From a virus (Duplodnaviria; Caudoviricetes): a DNA stretch of 24,901 nucleotides. The position numbers were made by a program, and so were the translations under genes. The stretch covers positions 1-24,901 of the IMG/VR virus record IMGVR_UViG_3300017721_000693. One strand, written 5' to 3'. The notes under the pieces are model-generated. The model was not told where the DNA came from, searched no databases, and was given only the letters and a program-made list of their open reading frames with translations. This document shows, one piece after another, positions 8,158-16,616 of this stretch. Every line of letters starts with the position of its first letter. Position 1 is the stretch's first letter.

Positions 8158-8721
8158 TCAGCTAAATTTGCAGATAATTACATCGATGTATTGAAGACGT
8201 AAATCAATACTTCCAGATCCATTTACATTAAAATTAATGCTACCACTCCAAGGGTGATCATGTGCCTGCCCAATTCCCACCTGTGAAGTCACACCACCAG
8301 TTTGGTTAGAACCAGAAGTTCTAAAGTTACCACTACCAGTAGATGCACTAGCAGATGGTCCAATAAGAGAATTATGTGTATGATCAGGTATCTCAGAAAT
8401 TGCTAAGATGTGACCACCAACAGTTCCACTAACTGGAACAGTAGAACTATAGTTTACACTAACGGAAGACGTTGACGATGGAAAAGTCTGAGTAAACGTA
8501 TTACCACCTCCTCCAGATTGAGTACCATATCCAAATCCACCACCAGTCCCATTCACCAAACGCAGTGCTTTATCATTATGTGCAGTAACTTGACTCCATC
8601 CAGTAGGTGCCGATGCTTGATAAAATACACTAACTGTATTTTTAGCCAGTACAGAATATTTCGATGTTATAGACGTACCGTCATTAAAGGTAACCCCAGT
8701 GGCGGTTAATTGCGTTGCCAT
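8158..8721 (-). CDS. short tail-fibre/collar-like protein with HxH motifs, paralog of 7602..8156
   Basis: FYQASAPTGWSQ...NDKALRLV, HILAISEIPDHTH, HDHPWSGS, QYIDVIIC. Confidence 0.7.
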   Translation of the reverse strand: MATQLTATGVTFNDGTSITSKYSVLAKNTVSVFYQASAPTGWSQVTAHNDKALRLVNGTGGGFGYGTQSGGGGNTFTQTFPSSTSSVSVNYSSTVPVSGTVGGHILAISEIPDHTHNSLIGPSASASTGSGNFRTSGSNQTGGVTSQVGIGQAHDHPWSGSINFNVNGSGSIDLRLQYIDVIICKFS

Positions 8722-8748
8722 CTTACAATCATATTTCCTTTATTTACT

Positions 8749-8755
8749 TATTTAT
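8749..8755 (-). promoter_or_regulatory. T4-type late promoter (ATAAATA)
   Basis: GATAAATAAGTAAATA on the minus strand, about 28 nt upstream of the first fibre-like gene. Confidence 0.6.
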
Positions 8756-9030
8756 CAACTACATTTAATCCAGAATCCATCACCAGTAAATTCCCAACCA
8801 TCTGCTAGGACTTCTTGATAACTATCATATTTATCTTTAAACCCCTCAGGAACATATGGAGGCCACTGTTCTTTGTAAAATTGTTGCGTCCATCCATCAT
8901 TATATGGGGATGTTGCTTGAATCTGATTCATAATATCAGGGTAGATCTGACGCCTTGGTTCATCACTACCAATTTCACGTTCATAAACTGTTCTGCCACC
9001 GTCAGGGGACTCATAGATTTTAGCAGTCAT
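8755..9030 (-). CDS. phage hypothetical protein
   Basis: KIYESPDGGRTVYER at the N-terminus; GWEFTGDGFWIK at the C-terminus. Confidence 0.75.
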   Translation of the reverse strand: MTAKIYESPDGGRTVYEREIGSDEPRRQIYPDIMNQIQATSPYNDGWTQQFYKEQWPPYVPEGFKDKYDSYQEVLADGWEFTGDGFWIKCS

Positions 9031-9033
9031 TGT

Positions 9034-9264
9034 TCAATCATCAAATACTTTACACATGGGAGAACCAGGATGGTCATCACAGAATTTATCTAGAACCTTA
9101 TCTTGGTGACGATTCTTTGGATCAGCAATCTTACCTTCTGTCTTTGGATCCCACTCATCATCTGAGTGTTCTTCATTAGCATGGAAGTCTACCTTATATT
9201 CATTCCACTTATCATTAGCATCATAGAGTGGATCGGATGGATCTCTTTGACGTGGTTGTGACAT
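9034..9264 (-). CDS. cp12: CP12-like protein (C-terminal Cys pair only)
   Basis: C-terminus LDKFCDDHPGSPMCKVFDD matches the CP12 C-x8-C-xx-(Y/F)DD tail. Acidic, small, two genes downstream of talC. N-terminus is atypical. Confidence 0.7.
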   Translation of the reverse strand: MSQPRQRDPSDPLYDANDKWNEYKVDFHANEEHSDDEWDPKTEGKIADPKNRHQDKVLDKFCDDHPGSPMCKVFDD

Positions 9265-9443
9265 TATGCGTTCTCCTTGTTGAATAGTTTACGACACTTT
9301 TTGACTTCTTTGAGTTCATCCTTGATCATTTGATAAGCATCTTCAGGAGTGATACGTCTTGACATTTCCATGGCAATGGTGTATTCAACTCGTGTACCAA
9401 AGTGTTTAAGTGCTTCTTCAAATGAGTTTAGTTCCTCATACAT
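9264..9443 (-). CDS. 59-aa protein resembling a cyanobacterial hypothetical family
   Basis: Translated by hand: MYEELNSFEEALKHFGTRVEYTIAMEMSRRITPEDAYQMIKDELKEVKKCRKLFNKENA*. Overlaps both neighbours; missing from the track. Confidence 0.8.
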   Translation of the reverse strand: MYEELNSFEEALKHFGTRVEYTIAMEMSRRITPEDAYQMIKDELKEVKKCRKLFNKENA

Positions 9444-10098
9444 TATTTAACGCCTCAAGAGATGCTTCATAATCACTCTGGAAGATAGCAAGTCCCTCAC
9501 GAGTCAAGACGCTATCATACATTGCATTGAACACTTTAGATGGCATAGTGACAACATCAGCGCCATACATGAAGCATCGTGATACATGATGTGCATCACG
9601 AAGAGATGCTGCTAACACTTGAGTCTTCTTACCATGAACAGATCTACAAGTAGCAATAGCACGAACTAATTCAACTCCACTAAAGGAGTTATCATTACAT
9701 CGACCAACAAAAGGAGAGATGTATGTTGCACCTGACTTCATTGCCATCACTGCTTGTGCAACAGAGAATACCAAAGTTACATTGGTCTTGATATCATTCC
9801 CTACGGATAGATGACGACAAACTTGCAAACCATCAGGAGTGCAAGGAACTTTAATGGTTGCAGACTCACCAAACTTCTCAGCAAGGCGAAGTCCCTCCTC
9901 ATACATTACAGTGGAGTCACCAACGACTTCCATGCTAATATCGCGCACACCAATATCAATCAATTCCTGATATACATCCTCAGGATTACGTCCACTCTTA
10001 CGAATCAAAGATGGGTTTGTAGTCACACCATCAACAAGTCCTGTCTGAAAATACTTCCGTACTTCCTCAGTATCCGCAGTGTCAAGAAAGATCTTCAT
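9436..10098 (-). CDS. talC: transaldolase, TalC/FSA family (auxiliary metabolic gene)
   Basis: IFLDTAD, GVTTNPSL, IKVP (Schiff-base Lys), NVTLVFS, YISPFVGR, LAASLR; 220 aa. Confidence 0.96.
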   Translation of the reverse strand: MKIFLDTADTEEVRKYFQTGLVDGVTTNPSLIRKSGRNPEDVYQELIDIGVRDISMEVVGDSTVMYEEGLRLAEKFGESATIKVPCTPDGLQVCRHLSVGNDIKTNVTLVFSVAQAVMAMKSGATYISPFVGRCNDNSFSGVELVRAIATCRSVHGKKTQVLAASLRDAHHVSRCFMYGADVVTMPSKVFNAMYDSVLTREGLAIFQSDYEASLEALNNV

Positions 10099-10292
10099 TT
10101 GTCTCCAAGTGTGTAGTTGTCGAAATTATATTTTGTAGTTAATAATTTGTCAATTCTATTTGATAAATTATTCTCAAGTTGATACATAGAGTTGATTGTC
10201 TCAACTCTCTCCATTTCTAAGAATTTTACCTGCTCCTCAAGGTGAGCAATACGCTCATCAAGGCTTTTAAATTCAAAATCGTAATTAGTCAT
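10095..10292 (-). CDS. small coiled-coil hypothetical protein
   Basis: 65 aa; ATGA overlaps at both ends. Confidence 0.75.
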   Translation of the reverse strand: MTNYDFEFKSLDERIAHLEEQVKFLEMERVETINSMYQLENNLSNRIDKLLTTKYNFDNYTLGDK

Positions 10293-10381
10293 CGATAAAT
10301 GTAGGGATCACGGTTTCTACTTTTGCGCTTCTGAAGTATATCTCTGATCCGACGCCTTAAAGCATCAAATAATTTCTTCAT
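10289..10381 (-). CDS. 30-aa basic microprotein ending DPYIYR
   Basis: Translated by hand: MKKLFDALRRRIRDILQKRKSRNRDPYIYR*. ATGA overlaps with both neighbours. Confidence 0.7.
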   Translation of the reverse strand: MKKLFDALRRRIRDILQKRKSRNRDPYIYR

Positions 10382-10680
10382 AATTTAACTCCCATAGTGA
10401 CAGAGGTAATATAAGTATAATCATCAAGTGTTCCATCTTGTAGACACTTAAGATGCCATCGTGTTATCTGGACAACTCCATCTTCGGTAGCACCAGTAAT
10501 AAAGTTAGCACCATAAGGTTCTCTTAATACACTTGTGTAAAGACCAAAGCGGGTTTTCTTGATGTAAAATGCATCATCTATCCAAGTAACATCATCAGGA
10601 ATAACCTTCTCTATTGTAGGATTAGGTCCCAAAGATGTTGCTAGTGTTGACTTTTTAGTCTGATGTTGAGGTTCCGTCAT
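10378..10680 (-). CDS. cyanophage hypothetical protein
   Basis: WIDDAFYIKKTRFGLYTSV...TRWHLKCLQDG. ATG 10680 chosen to minimise overlap. Confidence 0.75.
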   Translation of the reverse strand: MTEPQHQTKKSTLATSLGPNPTIEKVIPDDVTWIDDAFYIKKTRFGLYTSVLREPYGANFITGATEDGVVQITRWHLKCLQDGTLDDYTYITSVTMGVKL

Positions 10681-10885
10681 CTTTTTTATTAAATCCAAAA
10701 GGTAGTGATTTCTCTTCTTCTTCTGCACGAAGTTTGTGAGCAAGAGTACAGACAGTCTCCATTACTTTAAGACAATCTTCAATCTTAGACTCTTCTGGCA
10801 TATTTGAGAGAATAACATCAAACAGAGGAAAGAATTGATCTGCTGCTTGTTTTACTTCTTCAGGAGTCAGTGGTTTTTTGTTCAT
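10655..10885 (-). CDS. cyanophage hypothetical protein
   Basis: 76 aa, LKVMETVCTLAHKLRAE. Confidence 0.75.
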   Translation of the reverse strand: MNKKPLTPEEVKQAADQFFPLFDVILSNMPEESKIEDCLKVMETVCTLAHKLRAEEEEKSLPFGFNKKDDGTSTSD

Positions 10886-11024
10886 TACTATGATATGGAT
10901 GTGGTTTTACAAGTTTACGATTCTGAGCATTGGTATGAAGCTGTTTAATTGCTTCAACGACCTCAGGAGTCTCATCCCACTCCCAAGTCTCACCACCCTT
11001 ACCCGTGAATGATTTTGCAGTCAT
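10860..11024 (-). CDS. 54-aa hypothetical protein
   Basis: Translated by hand: MTAKSFTGKGGETWEWDETPEVVEAIKQLHTNAQNRKLVKPHPYHSNEQKTTDS*. GAGG SD and a promoter upstream. Confidence 0.7.
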   Translation of the reverse strand: MTAKSFTGKGGETWEWDETPEVVEAIKQLHTNAQNRKLVKPHPYHSNEQKTTDS

Positions 11025-11047
11025 GATATGACCTCTTGACTACTGGT

Positions 11048-11076
11048 AGTATATCACAAATTTAAAGTCTCTGCAA
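11048..11076 (-). promoter_or_regulatory. sigma70-type promoter TTGCAG-N17-TATACT (TG-extended), heading the talC/cp12 gene run
   Basis: AGTATA at 11048-11053, CTGCAA at 11071-11076. Confidence 0.6.
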
Positions 11077-11788
11077 TATAATTTGCTGAAATTTGATTCG
11101 TTTTGGATCCTGGATGAGTTAAATCTCTTGCATAATCAATTTGGTCTATGTACTTACACTCTGGAAGTATTCTACAGTTTGAGGGGAATATATGATACTC
11201 AGCACATGGAACACCACTCCACATTTGTTGCAAGGTTAACCTCATAAGTTTTAAATGTGTTACCATATTTACATCAAATCTTCTCCATGCTTTTCCCAAC
11301 CCACTAATATCTTCTGTCCAATTTCCACAATTAACTGGCATAAAACCATCACTCCTTTCAGGCAAAAATAAAGTACACCTAGAAGAATCTGGATATTCAA
11401 TTACCACCCCCCTTGGTTTAGGAAAGTTTTTTAAATAAATTGCACTATTATACAGAAGATATTGTGCGCTACATCCAGGAACTCCAAGATTGATTGCAGG
11501 AATACCAGTAATATTACTATATTGTGCAGGAACACTATCCTTTACATTTACTCCAATTCCAAAAGTATTTGAACATCCAAACATCACTACGGTTTCATCC
11601 CATCGTATTTTATCAAACTCCAAAGTCCTATATCCCAAACTGTTCATGGTATATTTGATAAACTTGTTACGATATTCCCAATCAGGACCCTGAGTTTTTA
11701 AATTTTTTTTAAATAATTCTTCACTATCATTGTCATGAAAATGATATGGGGGATATCCACTTTCTGTAGCTGGTAATAAATTATTCAT
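11054..11788 (-). CDS. SGNH/GDSL-fold hydrolase/acyltransferase-like protein
   Basis: Block I-like FGCSNTFG, block II-like INLGVPG, block V-like DLTHPG (DxxH). Confidence 0.7.
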   Translation of the reverse strand: MNNLLPATESGYPPYHFHDNDSEELFKKNLKTQGPDWEYRNKFIKYTMNSLGYRTLEFDKIRWDETVVMFGCSNTFGIGVNVKDSVPAQYSNITGIPAINLGVPGCSAQYLLYNSAIYLKNFPKPRGVVIEYPDSSRCTLFLPERSDGFMPVNCGNWTEDISGLGKAWRRFDVNMVTHLKLMRLTLQQMWSGVPCAEYHIFPSNCRILPECKYIDQIDYARDLTHPGSKTNQISANYIAETLNL

Positions 11789-13209
11789 GAAAATACTTCA
11801 ACACCATTCAATTGAGACCATCTCTGAGCATCATATTCATCATTAACAATCGGTTCTCCCTTAACATTTAAACTAGTATTCAGAAGAATTGGGTGACCAG
11901 ATACTTGTCCCCAACGTAAAAGTAAATCATGCAATTTTGGTGCATCACACTTCCTCACAGTTTGCACCCTACTAGTACCATCAACATGTACAACACCATG
12001 AAGTTTATCTGGTAATTTGCATTTTATTGCATATTGCATGTAAGGACTTTCTACAAGATCATCATGCATATCAAAGTATTTTGAAGCATATTCAATAGGA
12101 ACCACTGGGGAGAATGGTCTAAATGATTGTCTCTTTTTAATCTCATTTACCCTATCCTTTATACCTGGATTAGTTGGGTCTGCTATAAGACTCCTAGCAC
12201 CTAATGCTCTTGGTCCAAACTCTGCTCTACCTCTCGCCAATCCACATACTTTATTCTCCTGCAAGTAATTAACAATATTACTATTTGAACTTCTTTGTAG
12301 AATTTTATATCCAAGATATGGTGTAAAATTTATCTTCTTCTTTTTATGTGCCAATACTGCACCAATTGCAGAACCAGAATCTCCTGGTGCTGGCATAATC
12401 CACACATTTTTAAAATAATCATATGCACGAATATTTGCAACACAATTCAATGCACAACCACCCATCAAAACTAAGTTATTACTATCAGTAAGAGACTTCG
12501 CCTTGTTTAAAGCAGTTGCAAATAAGTTTTCATATACATGTTGTGTTGCAGCGGCAATATCCTCATCACTCTCTCCTGGTGCCCAATCAAGACATCCACG
12601 ATGAAAATTGCGCTTAGATTTTAAATCAACACCAATCAAATCATCAAGTATCTTTCGAGTAAGTTTTGTTCTATCACCATAAGCAGACAATGCCATCAAA
12701 ATATATTCTTCTTCATTGGGTTTTAAACCAATTCTTTGAGTCATCGCTGAATACCAAAGTCCAATACTATTTGGATACTTTAACTCATACTTTAATTCAA
12801 TTGTATTTTCAGTCGCCTTCCATATACTAAGTGTTTGGAACTCACCAATGGCATCGATTACAAGTATAGCACAGTCTTTAAACTTACTAGTATAGTATCC
12901 AGCACAAGCATGACTGTAATGATGATCAACAAACTTATGCTTACAGTTAGAATACTTTGTGAAGTTATCTATGAATGGACCTTGACCCGATCTAATCTGT
13001 CTCCATCTTTTGCGGAGAGGATTCTCATACCAACAAATAAGATCAGGTTGCCCATATTTTAATGCATGAAATGTGAGAGAATCATGAATATATGGATCGT
13101 TCTTTGTTCTACTAAAACGTTCACTCTCAGAAGCAAACATGAGAGAATCATTAGAAAATACTGCCAATGCAGCATTATGACTATTCGATGATATCCCCCA
13201 TGTTATCAT
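11785..13209 (-). CDS. carbamoyltransferase, NodU/CmcH family
   Basis: HHYSHA, IDAIGE, GGCALN, GRAEFGPRALGARS, KKRQSFRPFSP, HVDGTSRVQTV, LLNTSLN. Confidence 0.93.
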   Translation of the reverse strand: MITWGISSNSHNAALAVFSNDSLMFASESERFSRTKNDPYIHDSLTFHALKYGQPDLICWYENPLRKRWRQIRSGQGPFIDNFTKYSNCKHKFVDHHYSHACAGYYTSKFKDCAILVIDAIGEFQTLSIWKATENTIELKYELKYPNSIGLWYSAMTQRIGLKPNEEEYILMALSAYGDRTKLTRKILDDLIGVDLKSKRNFHRGCLDWAPGESDEDIAAATQHVYENLFATALNKAKSLTDSNNLVLMGGCALNCVANIRAYDYFKNVWIMPAPGDSGSAIGAVLAHKKKKINFTPYLGYKILQRSSNSNIVNYLQENKVCGLARGRAEFGPRALGARSLIADPTNPGIKDRVNEIKKRQSFRPFSPVVPIEYASKYFDMHDDLVESPYMQYAIKCKLPDKLHGVVHVDGTSRVQTVRKCDAPKLHDLLLRWGQVSGHPILLNTSLNVKGEPIVNDEYDAQRWSQLNGVEVFS

Positions 13210-14032
13210 AATTTCTCTCCCAATAACTAACTGGTAATGTTGGATCTTTTTTGATGATTGGTTCTAATTGATTTGCAGGACACATTGAGCAATAGGATTC
13301 ATCTTCTCTACTTAAAAACTCCTGCAATTGTTCATCCGTACAATCAATATCTAATGGTTTATACTTTAAATAAGGATCCCACTTCTCACTCAAATTATAC
13401 TTTTTTGCTTGCATTGGTAAATATGCAAGTGCTGGACATTTCCACAATTTATTCTCATGCAATTGTAGTGCATGTTTTGACACACAATTACTCCAACTTT
13501 GGTAAGAATTGTTATCTTCATATGGCATCATATTGTCACCATATCCAGTATATTGTGGTATCCAATGTTTGTTAGTAAAGTCCCAAAACTCTACTCTTAC
13601 TTTATTTGAATGCCTCCATTCTTTTGCTAGAGTGTATCCTTTTTTAATTCGTTTAGCGTAATTTAAATCTTTTGTGCTATGTATTGATATTGCTAAAGTT
13701 GTATCAGTAGCACGTAAAGCATCTGGAAGTCTTGGGTGATTATGTAAGAATGATGCATTCGATACTAGATCTATTTTAGTATATGGATCAGGAAACATCA
13801 TCCTAACCATGTATACCATATCAACAAGATTCTTATGGAGCGTAGGTTCTCCACCCAATATAACAAAGTGTTTTGGTTTTACTCTTCGACTCCAATTATA
13901 TAGCCATTCTGTAGCAATGTCTACGTCTATTGTACCAGAGTGTCCATGATTAGAATAATGAGAACATCCTTCACAAGTAAAATTACAGTTATGTATTACA
14001 TGAAATTCTAATTGTTTAGTTCGGAATATCAT
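13181..14032 (-). CDS. radical SAM protein
   Basis: CNFTCEGC (CxxxCxxC), GGEPTLH, SNA; four extra C-terminal Cys (C...KCP...CSMC). Confidence 0.92.
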   Translation of the reverse strand: MIFRTKQLEFHVIHNCNFTCEGCSHYSNHGHSGTIDVDIATEWLYNWSRRVKPKHFVILGGEPTLHKNLVDMVYMVRMMFPDPYTKIDLVSNASFLHNHPRLPDALRATDTTLAISIHSTKDLNYAKRIKKGYTLAKEWRHSNKVRVEFWDFTNKHWIPQYTGYGDNMMPYEDNNSYQSWSNCVSKHALQLHENKLWKCPALAYLPMQAKKYNLSEKWDPYLKYKPLDIDCTDEQLQEFLSREDESYCSMCPANQLEPIIKKDPTLPVSYWERNYDNMGDIIE

Positions 14033-14562
14033 AGATCTTCAAAACTTGTAAAATTAATATTGATTAATAGTCTACGTGATGCGGTTGTACATGTTGTTGC
14101 AGTATGTCGTGTCTCACAGGGGAATATACAAAATCTATTTGCAACATTATGAACTTTTGTCCCATCTTCAAATAAAGTATATCCATCATTATCATTAATG
14201 TAGTATATACCCGTAGTCAATTTTTGTGGGTAGTCTGTATGAAATCCTAACTTCAATTCCTTTATTTTTTCCGTCTGCATCATACAATTTGTTTTAATTC
14301 TAGCAATTGATGACATTCCCACCTTTTCAAACAAGGGTCTCAGCAAATAAAATGCTCTAGGAACCAGTATAGTATGCATTGAGAATACTATTTGTGTAAA
14401 ATGATAATGCTCATCTGGATCATTTAATCCAACACAATCAGGAACAAATTGCCAATTACAAGATCCTTCTTGAGTACCATTATCAAGTTCACCCTCATAA
14501 TATGCACGAATATTATCAAACTCTTGCTGTGGAAGATAGTCATCAAATACTTTAATCATCAA
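14029..14562 (-). CDS. 2OG-Fe(II) oxygenase
   Basis: IKVFDDYLP, RIKTN, GFHTD, IYYINDNDGYTLF, NRFCIF, HTA, RLLININ. Confidence 0.85.
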   Translation of the reverse strand: MMIKVFDDYLPQQEFDNIRAYYEGELDNGTQEGSCNWQFVPDCVGLNDPDEHYHFTQIVFSMHTILVPRAFYLLRPLFEKVGMSSIARIKTNCMMQTEKIKELKLGFHTDYPQKLTTGIYYINDNDGYTLFEDGTKVHNVANRFCIFPCETRHTATTCTTASRRLLININFTSFEDL

Positions 14563-15112
14563 TATATCCTGTTTCCGTTAGCATTTTGACTGCTTCATCA
14601 AAAGATTTATAAAGAATCTGCATACAAATACACTTACGATCTGTCATGTTTGATCCACCAGTTGGAGTTACAGAATGTGGTTTTGATACATCTAAAAGAT
14701 ATGCATCACCATCCTGTGCCATGAATCTAACTGACTTCTTTAAGTGACCTTCATGAAAAACAGCACCATCAGTTTGAGTGTCAACCCCTTCTGCTACAGC
14801 ATCAAGATTATCATTAGGATAATAAAACTGTGTAATACATTTATCAGTTTTAATATAGAAGTTTACTATTGCTTCAATATCACTATCAGTGTGTGGAGGA
14901 ATCTTATAATTGAGTTCCATCACAGATAATGTACAATCCTCCCTGTTCTTGGAAGGAACAACCCTCAGCAAATCTTCATCACTGGTTGTATGAACATAAG
15001 AATACTGAATACCCATGAATCCCATAGGTGTATCCATACCATATTCAATTTTTTTGCCCTTCTTAGCGTAATGCTCAATGGTAAACTTTCTATTTAACTT
15101 ACGATAAAACAT
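14552..15112 (-). CDS. putative 2OG-Fe(II)/DSBH oxygenase
   Basis: IPPHTD...YLLDVSKPHSV...R: HxD...H...R arrangement. Confidence 0.7.
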   Translation of the reverse strand: MFYRKLNRKFTIEHYAKKGKKIEYGMDTPMGFMGIQYSYVHTTSDEDLLRVVPSKNREDCTLSVMELNYKIPPHTDSDIEAIVNFYIKTDKCITQFYYPNDNLDAVAEGVDTQTDGAVFHEGHLKKSVRFMAQDGDAYLLDVSKPHSVTPTGGSNMTDRKCICMQILYKSFDEAVKMLTETGYIDD

Positions 15113-15122
15113 TTAAAAACTC

Positions 15123-15620
15123 CTAGTTGTAGACATATTCCCTCCATTCAGGAACATTACAGTTTGCTAAATCAAAAGCAACACAATTATATGGTGCCCT
15201 TGGTTTACGACTTATCTTTAGCCGTGTATTCTCCAATAATTTGTCACTCTTCTCAGTATTACACTTAGAACAAGCAACAACCAAATTTTCCCACGTATCA
15301 GTTCCACCTTTACTGCGAGGAATGACATGATCAATAGTTAGTCTTGTAGTTGATCCACAGTATTGACAAGTATTACGATCACGTTTATAAATCAGTGATC
15401 TTGAAGGACGACCGACCATCAAACGATTAATCGGTATTTTAATATAGTTGACAAGTCGGATTACTCTGCCAGATAGAACTTGAACTTTATCCTTCAATAC
15501 AAGAATAACCGCCCTCTTCCAGTTAGTGAAGTTTATCGGTTCGTAACTCGAATTTAGAACTAAAACAGTCTGATATGGTTGTATTTTTAAGTGCTCCATA
15601 CAAGTTACTCTTTGGGACAT
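15123..15620 (-). CDS. HNH endonuclease (McrA-like)
   Basis: VLVLNSSYEP, RDRNTCQYCG, LTIDHVIPRSKGG, WENLVVACSKCNTEK. ATG 15620 has an AGGTGA SD; ATG 15599 is an alternative start. Confidence 0.9.
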   Translation of the reverse strand: MSQRVTCMEHLKIQPYQTVLVLNSSYEPINFTNWKRAVILVLKDKVQVLSGRVIRLVNYIKIPINRLMVGRPSRSLIYKRDRNTCQYCGSTTRLTIDHVIPRSKGGTDTWENLVVACSKCNTEKSDKLLENTRLKISRKPRAPYNCVAFDLANCNVPEWREYVYN

Positions 15621-15624
15621 TATA

Positions 15625-15858
15625 TCACCTATACATACTATCTGACAAATCAAGTAAAAACAAGATTTCTTCCACAGTATCTTTTTTACCAGGGCATTTG
15701 CGAATAATATCTCGCTTATGCCTCTCAATTTTCATATTAGTAATTAACTCTGGATGTTCCTGTAACCATCTAATTTCATCATAATCAAGAGAGTTGAATT
15801 CTCCCTGATTAATCTTATTTACCACACTAAAATACTTAATCCTATCGTATGCATTCAT
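15625..15858 (-). CDS. hypothetical protein
   Basis: 77 aa; ATGA overlap with the upstream gene. Confidence 0.7.
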   Translation of the reverse strand: MNAYDRIKYFSVVNKINQGEFNSLDYDEIRWLQEHPELITNMKIERHKRDIIRKCPGKKDTVEEILFLLDLSDSMYR

Positions 15859-16616
15859 AACTTTGATTTATGTTTAAAGTCTACAACAATTACACAACGA
15901 TGTGCTTTATTAGCAACTATCGGTTGTGGCATAACAGGTTGATGATTTACATTAGAATGGTGTATAAGTAAAGAATTTTCGTCTCCAGGAAGAATTATCT
16001 CTCTGTCATTATTCTCAATCAATGTACCATAAATTCTAGAAGGATTTCTTAGGTAATAAATCATACCTAAATCAAAATCATCATGACTATGAGAATTCTT
16101 ATAGTTTGGATACAATTGATCATTATAATCCTCATCATTAGTCCCCTTCATCCTCTTTGACCAGTATGAAGCGACTTTATAATCTTTTATTTGAGGATTA
16201 CCAACGGTGTCTGCATAATTATATAAATGTTTTTTTACTAATGAAAAAAATATATACCAACTAGACTTGTACCACAACGTTCTATTGGCAAGATTATTTG
16301 TTGCCTCTACAGATCTATCCCACTTGTCACCAGCACGTAGTTCATCATCAATATCTTCCTCAATCTCATTTTGAACATGAGGGGTTAACAAATTATATGC
16401 TCGATATATCATATTACCAGAGAAGTCAAAATGAACTACATCTCTCTTATCAATCCAATCCTGAGCATTAGTAACTGGTTCATTTTTTGGTCTTCTAAAA
16501 GTTCTTATGAACTCATCAGAAATAATTTCATCCAACCGAACAGATGGTGCTGTCCTTGATCTTTCCGCAAGTTTAATAACCATCTCTTCTTGATCATTAT
16601 TTAATTTAAGTGTCAT
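15855..16616 (-). CDS. putative 2OG-Fe(II) oxygenase
   Basis: SYW...HSH...GMIYYL...GT...PGDENSLLI...NH...RCVIVVDF. Confidence 0.65.
   Translation of the reverse strand: MTLKLNNDQEEMVIKLAERSRTAPSVRLDEIISDEFIRTFRRPKNEPVTNAQDWIDKRDVVHFDFSGNMIYRAYNLLTPHVQNEIEEDIDDELRAGDKWDRSVEATNNLANRTLWYKSSWYIFFSLVKKHLYNYADTVGNPQIKDYKVASYWSKRMKGTNDEDYNDQLYPNYKNSHSHDDFDLGMIYYLRNPSRIYGTLIENNDREIILPGDENSLLIHHSNVNHQPVMPQPIVANKAHRCVIVVDFKHKSKL

Noticed and set aside
15123-15728. HNH gene as an intron-encoded homing endonuclease
   Set aside because: The flanking genes appear complete and there is no intergenic room for group I intron core elements.
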